Below, in pieces: positions 1 to 9,168 of a stretch of DNA of 64,000 nucleotides. The stretch covers positions 75,919 through 139,918 of the forward strand of contig CALRFG010000001.1 in the NCBI GenBank assembly GCA_943356525.1. The letters run 5' to 3'. Position 1 is the stretch's first letter, and the number at the start of each line of letters is the position of its first letter. The position numbers and the translations under genes are program-made. Below the pieces are notes generated by a model. It did no database searches. It saw only the letters and a list, made by a program, of their open reading frames with translations, and was not told the DNA's origin. The DNA is from Candidatus Nomurabacteria bacterium (GTDB lineage Bacteria > Patescibacteriota > Minisyncoccia > Phycocordibacterales > CAIZLB01).

Positions 1-243
1 GGCTGTTATATTCATCAAACACCATGTTTCAACAGGTATGCCATATATATTTTCATAATGTGATTTCGGTAAAACAAGAACATGTCCTCTAGTGTCTGGG
101 CTTATGTCCAGGAAAGCTAAAGTCTCATTATCTTCGTATATTTTAACAGAAGCTATTTCATTTCTTATAATTTTGCAAAATATACAGTTTTCTACTATAT
201 GTTGCTCATCGTGGATTTCTTTATTGTTATCATTTTGACTCAT
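1..243 (-). CDS. HIT-family (histidine triad) protein, partial. The start codon is at 243 and the C-terminus runs off the window.
   Basis: The minus-strand reading frame from the ATG at 243 gives MSQNDNNKEIHDEQHIVENCIFCKIIRNEIASVKIYEDNETLAFLDISPDTRGHVLVLPKSHYENIYGIP with no stop codons. The CxxC...GHxLVxPK pattern is typical of HIT nucleotide hydrolases. This ORF is not in the supplied ORF track because it is truncated by the window edge. Confidence 0.6.
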   Translation of the reverse strand, partial: MSQNDNNKEIHDEQHIVENCIFCKIIRNEIASVKIYEDNETLAFLDISPDTRGHVLVLPKSHYENIYGIPVETWCLMNITA

Positions 244-266
244 AAAACTATGATATCATATATGCC

Positions 267-2045
267 ATGTTTGAGACTATAGATCAAAATTTTATAAAGA
301 AAATATTAAAGGACAGAGGTTTAAATAAAGGTGAGACTGAAGATTTTTTGAACCCTATATATATTAAGGAAAATGGTGGTATGTATGACGCAAGTAAGAT
401 GAAGGACATGAAACTGGCTTTAGGCGATATTTGGGAAACAATTGAAAGAAATGAAAAAATAGCTATATATTCTGATTATGATGCTGATGGTGTTCCTGGT
501 GCTGTAGTTTTAAATTCATTTTTTAAAAAAATAAAATATAGTCACAATATTATCGTAAAAATTCCACATAGACATAAAGATGGTTTTGGCCTACATAAAC
601 ATCTTATTGATGAACTGAAGGTGGAAAATGTAAAACTTATTATTACAATAGACCTAGGTAGTTCCAACGTGAAAGAGGTGGAACATATTAATTCATTGGG
701 TATGAAGGTAATAATAACGGATCATCACGAACCACATGATAAACTTCCAAATGCTTTTGCTATATTAAATCCAAAACAGAAAGATTGTAAATATCCAGAT
801 AAGAACTTATGCGGCTCTGGTGTGATTTTCAAGTTGGTACACTTACTTATAGAAGAAGCTAGAAAAAGAAAATACAATATTAATATTGGTTATGAAAAAT
901 GGTTATTAGACATGGTTGGTTTAGCTACTATATCAGACATGGTTCCCTTGATTGGGGAAAATAGGGTTTTTGCCCAATACGGGCTTAAAGTCTTACAAAA
1001 AAATAAAAGACCTGGTATTTATCATTTATTAAATAAATTAAAAATAAATGAAAGGTATCTCGACGAAGGCGATATAGGATTTTCTGTTTCACCTTGTATT
1101 AATGCCGCGTCAAGAATGAGTCACGCTATTGATGCTTTTGAATTGCTATCATCAGAGGATGAAGATGTTTGTATAAAATCTGCCGATGCTTTAGTTAAGC
1201 TTAATAAGCTTAGAAAAAGTTCTGCCGACAGTCTTATCTCTGACATAAAAAATAAAATAAATATTGATAAGGTTCGCGACATATTGGTAATAGGTGATGA
1301 AAACTGGTCACCTACTATCTTGGGTCCTGCTGCATCAAATATGGTACGACAGTTTCAACTACCGGTTTTTCTTTATGCGTCTGACGGTGGTGAATTGTTT
1401 CGAGGTTCATGCCGATCAATTCCAGGAGTATCTGTTGTTGAAATTATGAATAACGTTTCAGACGGTTTTTTTACTGAATCGGGGGGGCATCATGCTTCTG
1501 GAGGCTTTTCATTTTTAGCAGATAAAAAAGATTTATTTGAAAGTGAGATGAGATTGGCATTTGAAAAATATAAACAATACAAAAAAGATAATAATATTGA
1601 AGATGTAGTAATAATAGAAGAGATGTCATATAACATAACCCATAATAATGTGGACAGTTTTCTTCTAAAGCATTTATTTCAAATGAAACCTTTTGGTATG
1701 AATAATCCTAATCCTTTATTTTGTATAAAACAGGTTTCTTTTTCAAACATAAAACTATTTGGTAAACAAAAAGAACATATTGAATTTGTTGTGAAAAACT
1801 TTCTAAATGATAAAGGTCAATTAGAAACTGTTACACCGGAATTATTTCAGAACGCATATAAGTACACTTCACAATACAACAGAATCGATACTGTGAAATA
1901 TATAAGCTTCTTTGCAGGCAATGAATTATTAGAAGTTAAACCTGATACAGAGTATGATATATACGGCCGTGTCGAGTCTAGTAATTTTTTGGGTAAAAAA
2001 GAGATTCGTGTTAAAGTTGAATACATAAATGTTTCATCAAAATAA
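267..2045 (+). CDS. recJ: Single-stranded-DNA-specific exonuclease RecJ (DHH/DHHA1 phosphoesterase).
   Basis: A DHH motif (ITDHHEPHD) is present, a GGGHHxASG DHHA1-like motif appears later, and the length is about 590 aa. Domain order and size fit RecJ. Confidence 0.8.
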   Translation: MFETIDQNFIKKILKDRGLNKGETEDFLNPIYIKENGGMYDASKMKDMKLALGDIWETIERNEKIAIYSDYDADGVPGAVVLNSFFKKIKYSHNIIVKIPHRHKDGFGLHKHLIDELKVENVKLIITIDLGSSNVKEVEHINSLGMKVIITDHHEPHDKLPNAFAILNPKQKDCKYPDKNLCGSGVIFKLVHLLIEEARKRKYNINIGYEKWLLDMVGLATISDMVPLIGENRVFAQYGLKVLQKNKRPGIYHLLNKLKINERYLDEGDIGFSVSPCINAASRMSHAIDAFELLSSEDEDVCIKSADALVKLNKLRKSSADSLISDIKNKINIDKVRDILVIGDENWSPTILGPAASNMVRQFQLPVFLYASDGGELFRGSCRSIPGVSVVEIMNNVSDGFFTESGGHHASGGFSFLADKKDLFESEMRLAFEKYKQYKKDNNIEDVVIIEEMSYNITHNNVDSFLLKHLFQMKPFGMNNPNPLFCIKQVSFSNIKLFGKQKEHIEFVVKNFLNDKGQLETVTPELFQNAYKYTSQYNRIDTVKYISFFAGNELLEVKPDTEYDIYGRVESSNFLGKKEIRVKVEYINVSSK

Positions 2046-2556
2046 TATAACAATATATACAGACGGTTCATCACGCGGTAATCCGGGTCCTGGAGGTTTT
2101 GCTTCTATTGTAGTTGTCGATAGTTCAAAGGTTATAGAATTTGGAGGACATGATAAACATACAACAAATAATAAGATGGAACTCAGTGGTGTTATACATG
2201 GTTTAAAGATCGCATTGAATAACGTTACACATGATATAAAACAGATAACCGTATACTCTGATTCAAAATATGTTTTAAACGGTATAAGCTCATGGATACA
2301 TAATTGGAAAAAAAATAATTGGAAGACCGCTGCAAAGAAAGAAGTGTTGAATCAGGATTTATGGCAAGAGTTAGATAAACTTGTCGAAACAGTTTCACAA
2401 AAGAATATTAAGATAGGGTGGAATTATGTTAAGGGGCATGCTGACAATTCATATAATAATAGAGCTGATATTATAGCGACTACATGTGCGGATGAGGGGG
2501 TTACAAAAGTATTTTATGAAGGTGACTTTAAGGTTTGGAACGCTCTTAACGGATAA
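2029..2556 (+). CDS. rnhA: Ribonuclease HI.
   Basis: The N-terminal YTDGSSRGNPGPGG motif, the 175-aa length and conserved D/E residues match RNase H type 1. The start overlaps the recJ 3' end by 17 nt. Confidence 0.8.
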   Translation: MFHQNNITIYTDGSSRGNPGPGGFASIVVVDSSKVIEFGGHDKHTTNNKMELSGVIHGLKIALNNVTHDIKQITVYSDSKYVLNGISSWIHNWKKNNWKTAAKKEVLNQDLWQELDKLVETVSQKNIKIGWNYVKGHADNSYNNRADIIATTCADEGVTKVFYEGDFKVWNALNG

Positions 2557-2636
2557 ATTTTTTGCTTCATTAAACTTCAGTTTTACTTTATTTTTTCTTA
2601 ATCAAAACTTTAACTTCATTATGTAACAATAATGAG

Positions 2637-3992
2637 ATGAAATTTTATATATTCATCACACTAATAATAATCTCGAGTCTAGCAACTTATCGCAGCTATA
2701 ATATCTTCAATGGAAAGCAAAAAAATTTGGTTGAAAAATTTTTAGAAAAAAAGTTATTAAAACTCGAGACTATTGTCCAGATCAAAAGTGAGATAAGTAA
2801 TTCAAATTTTAAGACAACTTTTATAGGTGAGGATGAAGATTATAAATATAAGGTAACAAGTTCGGAAATTCTGGACATAACTTTTGGAGACTGTTTGAAA
2901 GTAAGTGGAAATATTTCAAGACCAGAGATCAAAAAATCTGGAGAGACTTTGTACAATTTTCCCTATACAGAATATTTGGCGAAGGATAATATTTATCTTA
3001 TGTACAAGGTTGTATCTTCTGAGAAAATTTCCGAATGTCCAACCTTGAGTCATTATGAAAAAGTTAAACTATTTTTCTTAAATCAAAAAATAAATATCAC
3101 AAAAATATTTCTCCAAAAATATGACCAACCTTATGCTGGGTTAGTGGCCGGAGTTTTGATTGCAGGGAAGGGACTGATGAATCCTGAGACCCTAGAAATA
3201 TTTAAAAAAGTTTCACTATCACATGTTATAGTTTTATCCGGCTCAAATGTGTCAATAATAATATTTAATATAAAATATATTTTTGATAGTATTTTTATAA
3301 TTGTTAAAATTAGAGAAAACTTGTTATCAGAAATTATAAGAAAATTTTTGATACTCATCTCGATTACAAGTTTTGTTTTATTAACAGGTGGAGGTGCTCC
3401 TATATACAGAGCATTCTTTTCTAGTTTTTGTGCACTCGTTATTTTTAAAAAAGATACAGATCAATTTTATGCATTAACTATTGTAGTTTTGATTATGACT
3501 ATTATCAATCCATTTGGAAGTATTTATGATCCATCTTTTCATCTGACTTGTTGTGCAACTTATGGACTAATTTTATTCTCAAAATATTTTAATCAATTGA
3601 TAATTTATTCTTGGATGAATTTTATACCAAATTTTATTAGAGAGATTATTTCTGTAACATTAGCAACTCAGGTTTTTGTTTTTCCTTATATTATATTTAT
3701 GAGTGGTTCATTTTCTACAGTTTTTCTTTTATCAAATATTTTAGTATTACCTCTCATTCCATTTATTATGCTTTTTGGTTTCCTGAGTTTATTTCCGATT
3801 ATTGGTGGATTATGTATTTTGGTAAATAATCTTATTCTAAAAACTATATTTTATTTGGTTAAAGTTATGTCGGAGATTCCGGGAGGGTATATTGTTTTTG
3901 ATAAGAAATTAAGCTTAGTAATACTGCTTGGATATAGTTTAGTTTTGATTTTATTGATAGGAAGGTTAAGAAACGTAGATTTAAGTAAATAA
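2637..3992 (+). CDS. comEC: ComEC/Rec2-like competence membrane channel, N-terminal and competence domains only. No metallo-beta-lactamase domain is attached.
   Basis: The protein is polytopic (about 10 predicted TM helices) with an N-terminal DUF4131-like segment and an HVIVLSGSNVSII-like competence-domain motif. The family call is by motif and topology only. Confidence 0.55.
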   Translation: MKFYIFITLIIISSLATYRSYNIFNGKQKNLVEKFLEKKLLKLETIVQIKSEISNSNFKTTFIGEDEDYKYKVTSSEILDITFGDCLKVSGNISRPEIKKSGETLYNFPYTEYLAKDNIYLMYKVVSSEKISECPTLSHYEKVKLFFLNQKINITKIFLQKYDQPYAGLVAGVLIAGKGLMNPETLEIFKKVSLSHVIVLSGSNVSIIIFNIKYIFDSIFIIVKIRENLLSEIIRKFLILISITSFVLLTGGGAPIYRAFFSSFCALVIFKKDTDQFYALTIVVLIMTIINPFGSIYDPSFHLTCCATYGLILFSKYFNQLIIYSWMNFIPNFIREIISVTLATQVFVFPYIIFMSGSFSTVFLLSNILVLPLIPFIMLFGFLSLFPIIGGLCILVNNLILKTIFYLVKVMSEIPGGYIVFDKKLSLVILLGYSLVLILLIGRLRNVDLSK

Positions 3993-4087
3993 ACTTGACT
4001 TTAACTCTTTATTATTTTAGCATATTCGTATGTAATCGACTTCGTAGTCGACAAATAACAAGTACTCAAACAACCAACAAAAAAACC

Positions 4088-4597
4088 ATGAAATCATTAG
4101 TAACTATAGTTAACACATTTGAAATGGATATCGTCTCAATTAATGTATTTGATCGTCCAGTCCAGAGTTTAATCGACTCGGCTGGTTACAAATATGTGAA
4201 TGAGAATATTAAGTGCAGTAAAATATTGATCCATAAACCAGGTATTCGACCAGTGGCTATTTGGCATCCGAATCGAATCATCTCAACCGAGGGTGCTAAT
4301 AAAGCCATAAAGTTAATGACGACTGTTATCGATGGAGAGACCTATAAAGGTCGCCCCGGTACCATTGAAGATCTTGTTTCTTATGAAATTGAATTCTTCG
4401 AAGAATTGACAGGGATCAACCTTGTTGCTCTCAGCGAAAAAGTTTTGCGCGAATTAAGTGACTCAATTGAGTGTGTTGCCTATCGTTATTACTCTGATTC
4501 TTCAAAGCATAGGCTACATCTCCGAGAATTGAAAGGTGACTGGGAATCAGTATTTCGTTTCCTAGTAGTTTTTGAAAAGTTTTCCGAGTCTGAGTGA
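4088..4597 (+). CDS. Hypothetical protein whose GC content (about 40%) is clearly above the local background.
   Basis: An internal ATG at 4088 was chosen because the ORF-track N-terminus has an implausible leader. In a 100-nt sample GC is about 40%, against about 27% in flanking genes, and codon usage is rich in cgc, ccg and ggc. The gene is followed by a hairpin terminator. I recognise no family. Confidence 0.5.
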   Translation: MKSLVTIVNTFEMDIVSINVFDRPVQSLIDSAGYKYVNENIKCSKILIHKPGIRPVAIWHPNRIISTEGANKAIKLMTTVIDGETYKGRPGTIEDLVSYEIEFFEELTGINLVALSEKVLRELSDSIECVAYRYYSDSSKHRLHLRELKGDWESVFRFLVVFEKFSESE

Positions 4598-4640
4598 ATT
4601 TGCACTATGCACTTTGATTCTCAGACACTTTGACTTTTTA

Positions 4641-4670
4641 GTCGGTTCCGTTTTACGGGACCGATTTTTT
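4641..4670 (+). terminator. Rho-independent terminator hairpin followed by a T-run.
   Basis: The sequence gtcggttccgttttacgggaccgatttttt forms an imperfect 9-bp stem followed by T6. Confidence 0.6.
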
Positions 4671-4809
4671 CTTGCAGTAATATTTATTTATGAAACTGAA
4701 TGTAAAATAATGAAAAATCTAATGTCAGGTTTTTGTTCAATGTAAATACAAGTTGACATAGCGTGTTTGCAATTGCCAACCCCTACAAAATCAAAAAACC
4801 CAAGTAAAA

Positions 4810-5406
4810 CTAAAACCTCTCCTCAACAATCATAAAGTTAACATTCTCAAAAAAAGCCTCTACATATTTTTTCTTCTCGGATGGTGGAACGTCTAACATG
4901 TATGAATGCTCCCACATATCAAGTGCAAGTATAGGTTTAAGTCCCGTAAGATGACCTTCATGCTGTTCACCTACCCATGTGTTCATTAGATTACCTGTAG
5001 CTATATCCTGATATAAAAATGCCCAACCTATACCACGAGTCATAGCCAAAGTTTTAAACTCAGATAACCATTTTTCATATGATCCCCAGATCTCTTCTAT
5101 TTTTTTATATAGATTTGATTCTACACTCATTACTTTTTGACCACCTTCAAATTGAGTAAAGTAATATTCATGATTTCTCATACCACAAAATTCAAAACCC
5201 AATCTTCTTTTTAGCTCTCCTATTGTGTAAATATTAGTAATTTGTTCTTCCTCGGTTTTTGATAAATCGGCAACTTTCTCAAGTATTAAGTTAGTATGTT
5301 TAACATATCCAGCATAAAGTTTTAAATGTTCTTCTATTGTTTTGGCTGATATATTCTTAAGTTCTCCGATATTAAATTTTTTTTCAGTATAAGTTTTATA
5401 TGTCAT
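4810..5406 (-). CDS. sodA: Fe/Mn superoxide dismutase.
   Basis: The C-terminal DMWEHSYMLD motif (matching the DVWEHAYY signature), N-terminal His residues, the AFLYQD segment and the 198-aa length fit Fe/Mn SOD. Confidence 0.8.
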   Translation of the reverse strand: MTYKTYTEKKFNIGELKNISAKTIEEHLKLYAGYVKHTNLILEKVADLSKTEEEQITNIYTIGELKRRLGFEFCGMRNHEYYFTQFEGGQKVMSVESNLYKKIEEIWGSYEKWLSEFKTLAMTRGIGWAFLYQDIATGNLMNTWVGEQHEGHLTGLKPILALDMWEHSYMLDVPPSEKKKYVEAFFENVNFMIVEERF

Positions 5407-5476
5407 AATTATTTCTTTATTATTTCTTTATTAATTCTTTTAATTTTCTTTAACCGTCGTATGCTTTAATACTACA

Positions 5477-6403
5477 ATGAAAGATATTTACTATAAATAT
5501 AACATATTTTATATAGGTTTAACCCTATTGTTTTCCATGAACGTATTGCTGTATGTTTTTATATATATAAACCGTGGCTGCTATGCGCCTATTGATATCG
5601 TCGCTTTCTTAGATATAGGCCAAGGCGATGCGATATATATAGAAAATAAAACAGGTCAAACTATACTCGTTGATACAGGAAATAAAGGCTCGGAAGTATT
5701 GAAACAAATACAAAATATAAAAATGTGTAACAAAGTACATATAGACACTCTTATACTTACACATCCAGATCAAGATCATATCGGTGAGGCTACAAACTTG
5801 ATACAAAAAGGATATGTTGACCAGGTTGTCCATAATGGTTTTTTAAATATAAATCAACAAAAAGAAAGTCAGACCGAAAATGATTTAGAAAAAATAATGA
5901 AAATAAAGAATATACAAACTCAAGATATAGTATTAAACCTAAGTTTGGATTTTAAGGATTTCAATGTAAAATTTCTATACCCTACAAAAACACCATATAT
6001 GGATAAAAAAGGTAAAAGTAAAAGTGTAGACGATAATGATTATTCTATTGTTTTAAAGTTATTACATATAAAAAGCGATAAAAGTTTTATGCTAACAGGA
6101 GATGCTCCGATAAAGGTTGAAAAACAGATTATAGAAACCTATTGTCCAGATCATAAAACTTCAGATATTTGCCCTGCTCTAAAGTCAATAGTTTTAAAAC
6201 TAGGTCATCATGGATCAAAAAACTCATCAGGTATAGATTTTTTGAAGAAAGTTAATGCAACAGATTACATAGTTTCCGCTGGTTTAAATAATAAGTACAA
6301 TCATCCAAATGAGGAAACTATATATAGAGTATATTTAAATAAAAAAGACTCTCGGGTAAGAGAGACTTATTCAGAGGGGAATATTGTTTATAGACTGGAC
6401 TAG
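5477..6403 (+). CDS. MBL-fold metallo-hydrolase of the ComEC C-terminal-domain type, with an N-terminal TM helix.
   Basis: The motif LTHPDQDHIGE is the HxHxDH metallo-beta-lactamase signature, HHGS appears later, and there is an N-terminal hydrophobic helix. It resembles the C-terminal nuclease domain that is usually fused to ComEC. Confidence 0.65.
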   Translation: MKDIYYKYNIFYIGLTLLFSMNVLLYVFIYINRGCYAPIDIVAFLDIGQGDAIYIENKTGQTILVDTGNKGSEVLKQIQNIKMCNKVHIDTLILTHPDQDHIGEATNLIQKGYVDQVVHNGFLNINQQKESQTENDLEKIMKIKNIQTQDIVLNLSLDFKDFNVKFLYPTKTPYMDKKGKSKSVDDNDYSIVLKLLHIKSDKSFMLTGDAPIKVEKQIIETYCPDHKTSDICPALKSIVLKLGHHGSKNSSGIDFLKKVNATDYIVSAGLNNKYNHPNEETIYRVYLNKKDSRVRETYSEGNIVYRLD

Positions 6404-6642
6404 ATTAACCCAGCTTTTTTAAGAGTTTTGAAAGCTCCATTTTTATGTATTGTTTTTATACCACGAGCCGATACTGTTATAGAAACAGTTTGATTCAACT
6501 CAGGAACGAAAACTTTCTTTTTCTGTAGGTTTGGATATCTTCTTCTTTTTCCAGTAGGGTTAAATTGAGTAGCACGAGTCGCGTTCGAATAGCCACCTCC
6601 GTTTACTGACCCTTTTTTTGTTATTGCGCAGATTTTTGCCAT
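6400..6642 (-). CDS. rpmB: 50S ribosomal protein L28.
   Basis: The internal start MAKICAITKKGSVNGGGYSNATRATQFNPTGKRRRYPNLQKKKVFVPELNQTVSITVSARGIKTIHKNGA (80 aa) aligns with bacterial L28. The longer 190-aa ORF in the track is an upstream artefact. Confidence 0.85.
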   Translation of the reverse strand: MAKICAITKKGSVNGGGYSNATRATQFNPTGKRRRYPNLQKKKVFVPELNQTVSITVSARGIKTIHKNGAFKTLKKAGLI

Positions 6643-6709
6643 GGGGGTTATATTAGCATAAAGATATGTTTGTGGCAATATGTCTATGCTATGTGTTATA
6701 TTTAAATTT

Positions 6710-7201
6710 ATGCCTAAAAACAAAGGAAAAAAAAATAAAACCAAAGACGGGAAAACAAAGTTTATGGAACCTGTCCCTTTTGAAGAAAGGATATCAAAAA
6801 GCATAGGATCAGTTATGTCTCTATATATACATACCGCTATATTTATATTAGCGTTCTTGCTTATACTGTTAGGGGTATCTACTGAGAAAGTTTTACTTAC
6901 ATTGACCACTTTGGTGTCCCTAGAGGCTATATATCTGTCTATATTGATACAGATTGCAGTAAATAAGAACACCCAGTCTCTAGAGGAGGTTGAGGAAGAT
7001 TTGGATGAGATTCAAGAAGATTTGGATGAGATTGCGGATGATGTTGAGGATATTCAAGAAGATATAGATGAGATTGAGGAAGAGGTTGATGATATTGAAG
7101 AAGGAGACAATAAAAGAGATAATGAAGTTAATATTAAATTTAAAAACATTGATGAGCAATTAAATCTTATTTTACAAGAAATTAAAAATCTAAAAAAATA
7201 A
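6710..7201 (+). CDS. Small membrane protein with an acidic tandem-repeat tail (D/E-L-D-E-I-Q-E units) and a C-terminal coiled coil.
   Basis: It has a Lys-rich N-terminus, two TM helices, and about five tandem 24-nt coding repeats at roughly 6985-7105 (EEDLDEIQEDLDEIADDVEDIQEDIDEIEEEVDDIEE). The start was chosen at the internal ATG at 6710 to leave a promoter gap after the divergent rpmB. Confidence 0.5.
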   Translation: MPKNKGKKNKTKDGKTKFMEPVPFEERISKSIGSVMSLYIHTAIFILAFLLILLGVSTEKVLLTLTTLVSLEAIYLSILIQIAVNKNTQSLEEVEEDLDEIQEDLDEIADDVEDIQEDIDEIEEEVDDIEEGDNKRDNEVNIKFKNIDEQLNLILQEIKNLKK

Positions 7202-7205
7202 TAAT

Positions 7206-7793
7206 ATGAATATAATATCAATACTTATACTAATATTTGCTATAGTGGTACATGAAGTAGCTCATGGGCTTGCTGCACTTTGGCAAGGAGACAGGACAGC
7301 TAAAGATGCTGGTCGTTTAACCTTAAACCCTATAGTTCACTTAGATCCTATAGGTTCTATATTGTTACCGCTGACCATGTTTTTCATAGGCTCACCTTTT
7401 TTGTTTGGTTGGGCTAAACCTGTACCAATAAATCCTTATTATTTTAGAAATGTAAAATATGGTGAAGCTATGGTTGCTTTTGCAGGTCCGCTGGTGAATA
7501 TTATATTTGCAATAACATTTTCTCTGATTTTGAACTTTGCACCAGTAGATACTGCTTATATAGCGGTGATTCAGACTATTATTCTTATAAATATTGTTCT
7601 TGCGTTATTCAACTTGATGCCTATACCCCCACTTGATGGGTCTAAGATTTTATTTGCGCTTATACCACAAAGGTATTATAAATTTCGTGAGAGTTTGGAA
7701 GCTAAAAGTTTCTTGTTTTGGTTAATTGTTATTCTTTTAGTTTGGAATGTGTTCGAGCCCTTGGTTTATTGGGTGTTTGGGTTGTTGGTGTAA
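7206..7793 (+). CDS. Peptidase M50 (site-2 protease family) membrane metalloprotease.
   Basis: The HEVAHG zinc motif sits in TM1, with LNPIVHLDPIGS and a later LDG motif. The protein is 195 aa and multi-TM. Confidence 0.7.
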   Translation: MNIISILILIFAIVVHEVAHGLAALWQGDRTAKDAGRLTLNPIVHLDPIGSILLPLTMFFIGSPFLFGWAKPVPINPYYFRNVKYGEAMVAFAGPLVNIIFAITFSLILNFAPVDTAYIAVIQTIILINIVLALFNLMPIPPLDGSKILFALIPQRYYKFRESLEAKSFLFWLIVILLVWNVFEPLVYWVFGLLV

Positions 7794-7837
7794 TAAAGTC
7801 AATATTGCATAATTCTCACAAATGCTATAATACACCC

Positions 7838-9013
7838 ATGAAAGACAAACAAGTAAAAACTATCATTGATGCAGAAATTAAAAGACAAAAGAAAGTAATA
7901 AACCTCATCCCTTCAGAAAACTACACATCCAAAGACGTCATGGAGGCGGTTGGTTCTGTGTTTGATAATAAGTACGCTGAAGGTTATTCATATGCAAGAT
8001 ATTATGGTGGAAATGAAGAAGTTGATAAACTTGAATCTCTGTGTAAAAAAAGAGCCCTTGAGCTTTTTGGGCTTAAAGAAAAAGATTGGCATGTAAATTG
8101 TCAGGCTCATTCAGGGTCACCTGCAAACCTAGCGGTGTTTCTTGCAAATGTTCCAGTTGGAACAGGAAAGATTATGGGTATGAGTTTAACTTCAGGAGGG
8201 CACTTAACCCATGGGCAAAAAGTTTCAGCTACTGGTAAATTTTGGACATCTGTAACTTTTGATGTTGATAAGGATACTGAAGTGATTGATTATGATGCTG
8301 TTAAAAAACTTGCACAAAAAGAAAAGCCAACCATTATTGTTGCTGGTTTTACAGCCTATCCAAGAGTTGTTGATTTCAAAAAGTTTAGAGAAATAGCTGA
8401 CAGTTGTGGTGCACTTCTTATGGTTGATATGTCTCATCTTGCTGGTCTTGTTGCAGGAAAAGCTTATCCGTCACCATTTCCATATGCAGATGTTGTTACA
8501 ACTACAACTCATAAAACACTTAGAGGTCCAAGAGGTGCGCTTATATTTTCAAAAAAAGATGAAAGAGGTATAGATAAAAAGATAGATAAGGCAGTATTTC
8601 CAGGACTACAAGGCGGACCACATATGTCACATGTTGCTGGTATAGCAGTTGCTTTGCACGAAGCTAAAACTCCTGCGTTTAAAAGTTATGCAAAACAAGT
8701 TATAAAAAACGCAAAAGCATTTGCTAAAGAAATGAAAAGACTGGGTTGGAGAGTTGTATCAGGGGGAACAGATTCTCATCTCTTGTTGATCGATACATGG
8801 GCTGGTGGTGTGACAGGAAAGATTGCTGAAGCTGCACTTGAGAAGGCGGGGATTATTTGTAATAAAAATACAATACCTGGTGAGACTAGATCTCCTTTTG
8901 ATCCGTCAGGTATAAGGGTTGGAACTCCAGCTATGACGACGAGGGGTTATAAGGAGGTGGATTTTGTTAAGGTGGCGCAGAAGATTGATAAGGTGTTGAG
9001 AGGGGTGAAGTAG
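7838..9013 (+). CDS. glyA: Serine hydroxymethyltransferase.
   Basis: The N-terminus LIPSENYTSKDVMEAVGS and the PLP-lysine region TTTTHKTLRGPRGA are conserved SHMT signatures. The start was reset to the internal ATG at 7838 because the track N-terminus overlaps the upstream gene. Confidence 0.9.
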   Translation: MKDKQVKTIIDAEIKRQKKVINLIPSENYTSKDVMEAVGSVFDNKYAEGYSYARYYGGNEEVDKLESLCKKRALELFGLKEKDWHVNCQAHSGSPANLAVFLANVPVGTGKIMGMSLTSGGHLTHGQKVSATGKFWTSVTFDVDKDTEVIDYDAVKKLAQKEKPTIIVAGFTAYPRVVDFKKFREIADSCGALLMVDMSHLAGLVAGKAYPSPFPYADVVTTTTHKTLRGPRGALIFSKKDERGIDKKIDKAVFPGLQGGPHMSHVAGIAVALHEAKTPAFKSYAKQVIKNAKAFAKEMKRLGWRVVSGGTDSHLLLIDTWAGGVTGKIAEAALEKAGIICNKNTIPGETRSPFDPSGIRVGTPAMTTRGYKEVDFVKVAQKIDKVLRGVK

Positions 9014-9019
9014 TTGTGA

Positions 9020-9053
9020 AAATTTGAAGTCACAATTTGTGACTTCAAATTTT
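9020..9053. repeat. Palindromic element A (tttgaagTCACAATTTGTGActtcaaa). It probably also acts as a bidirectional terminator.
   Basis: It is a perfect 12-bp inverted repeat around a CACAATTTGTG core. A related copy with compensatory stem changes lies at 9955-9981. Confidence 0.6.
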
Positions 9054-9076
9054 GGACAAAAAAGTTTATATATTAA

Positions 9077-9110
9077 TAAAAAACTCTATTAAATATAGAG
9101 GTTTTTATTT
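9077..9110 (+). terminator. Hairpin plus T-run terminator.
   Basis: The sequence aaaaaactctattaaatatagaggtttttatttt forms a stem CTCTAT/ATAGAG followed by a T-run. Confidence 0.55.
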
Positions 9111-9168
9111 TACAAAACTTTATCATTTCTTCATGAGAACTTGATGTAGTTTATGTTTTAATTTATGG

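Noticed and set aside
7718-7837. The ORF track gives N-terminal extensions for the glyA ORF, and similarly for the 10316, 11323, 6400-6972 and 3995 ORFs.
   Set aside because: The extensions overlap upstream genes or are hydrophobic and low-complexity. The conserved protein N-termini (SHMT, TrmB-like wHTH, S12, L28) start at internal ATGs.
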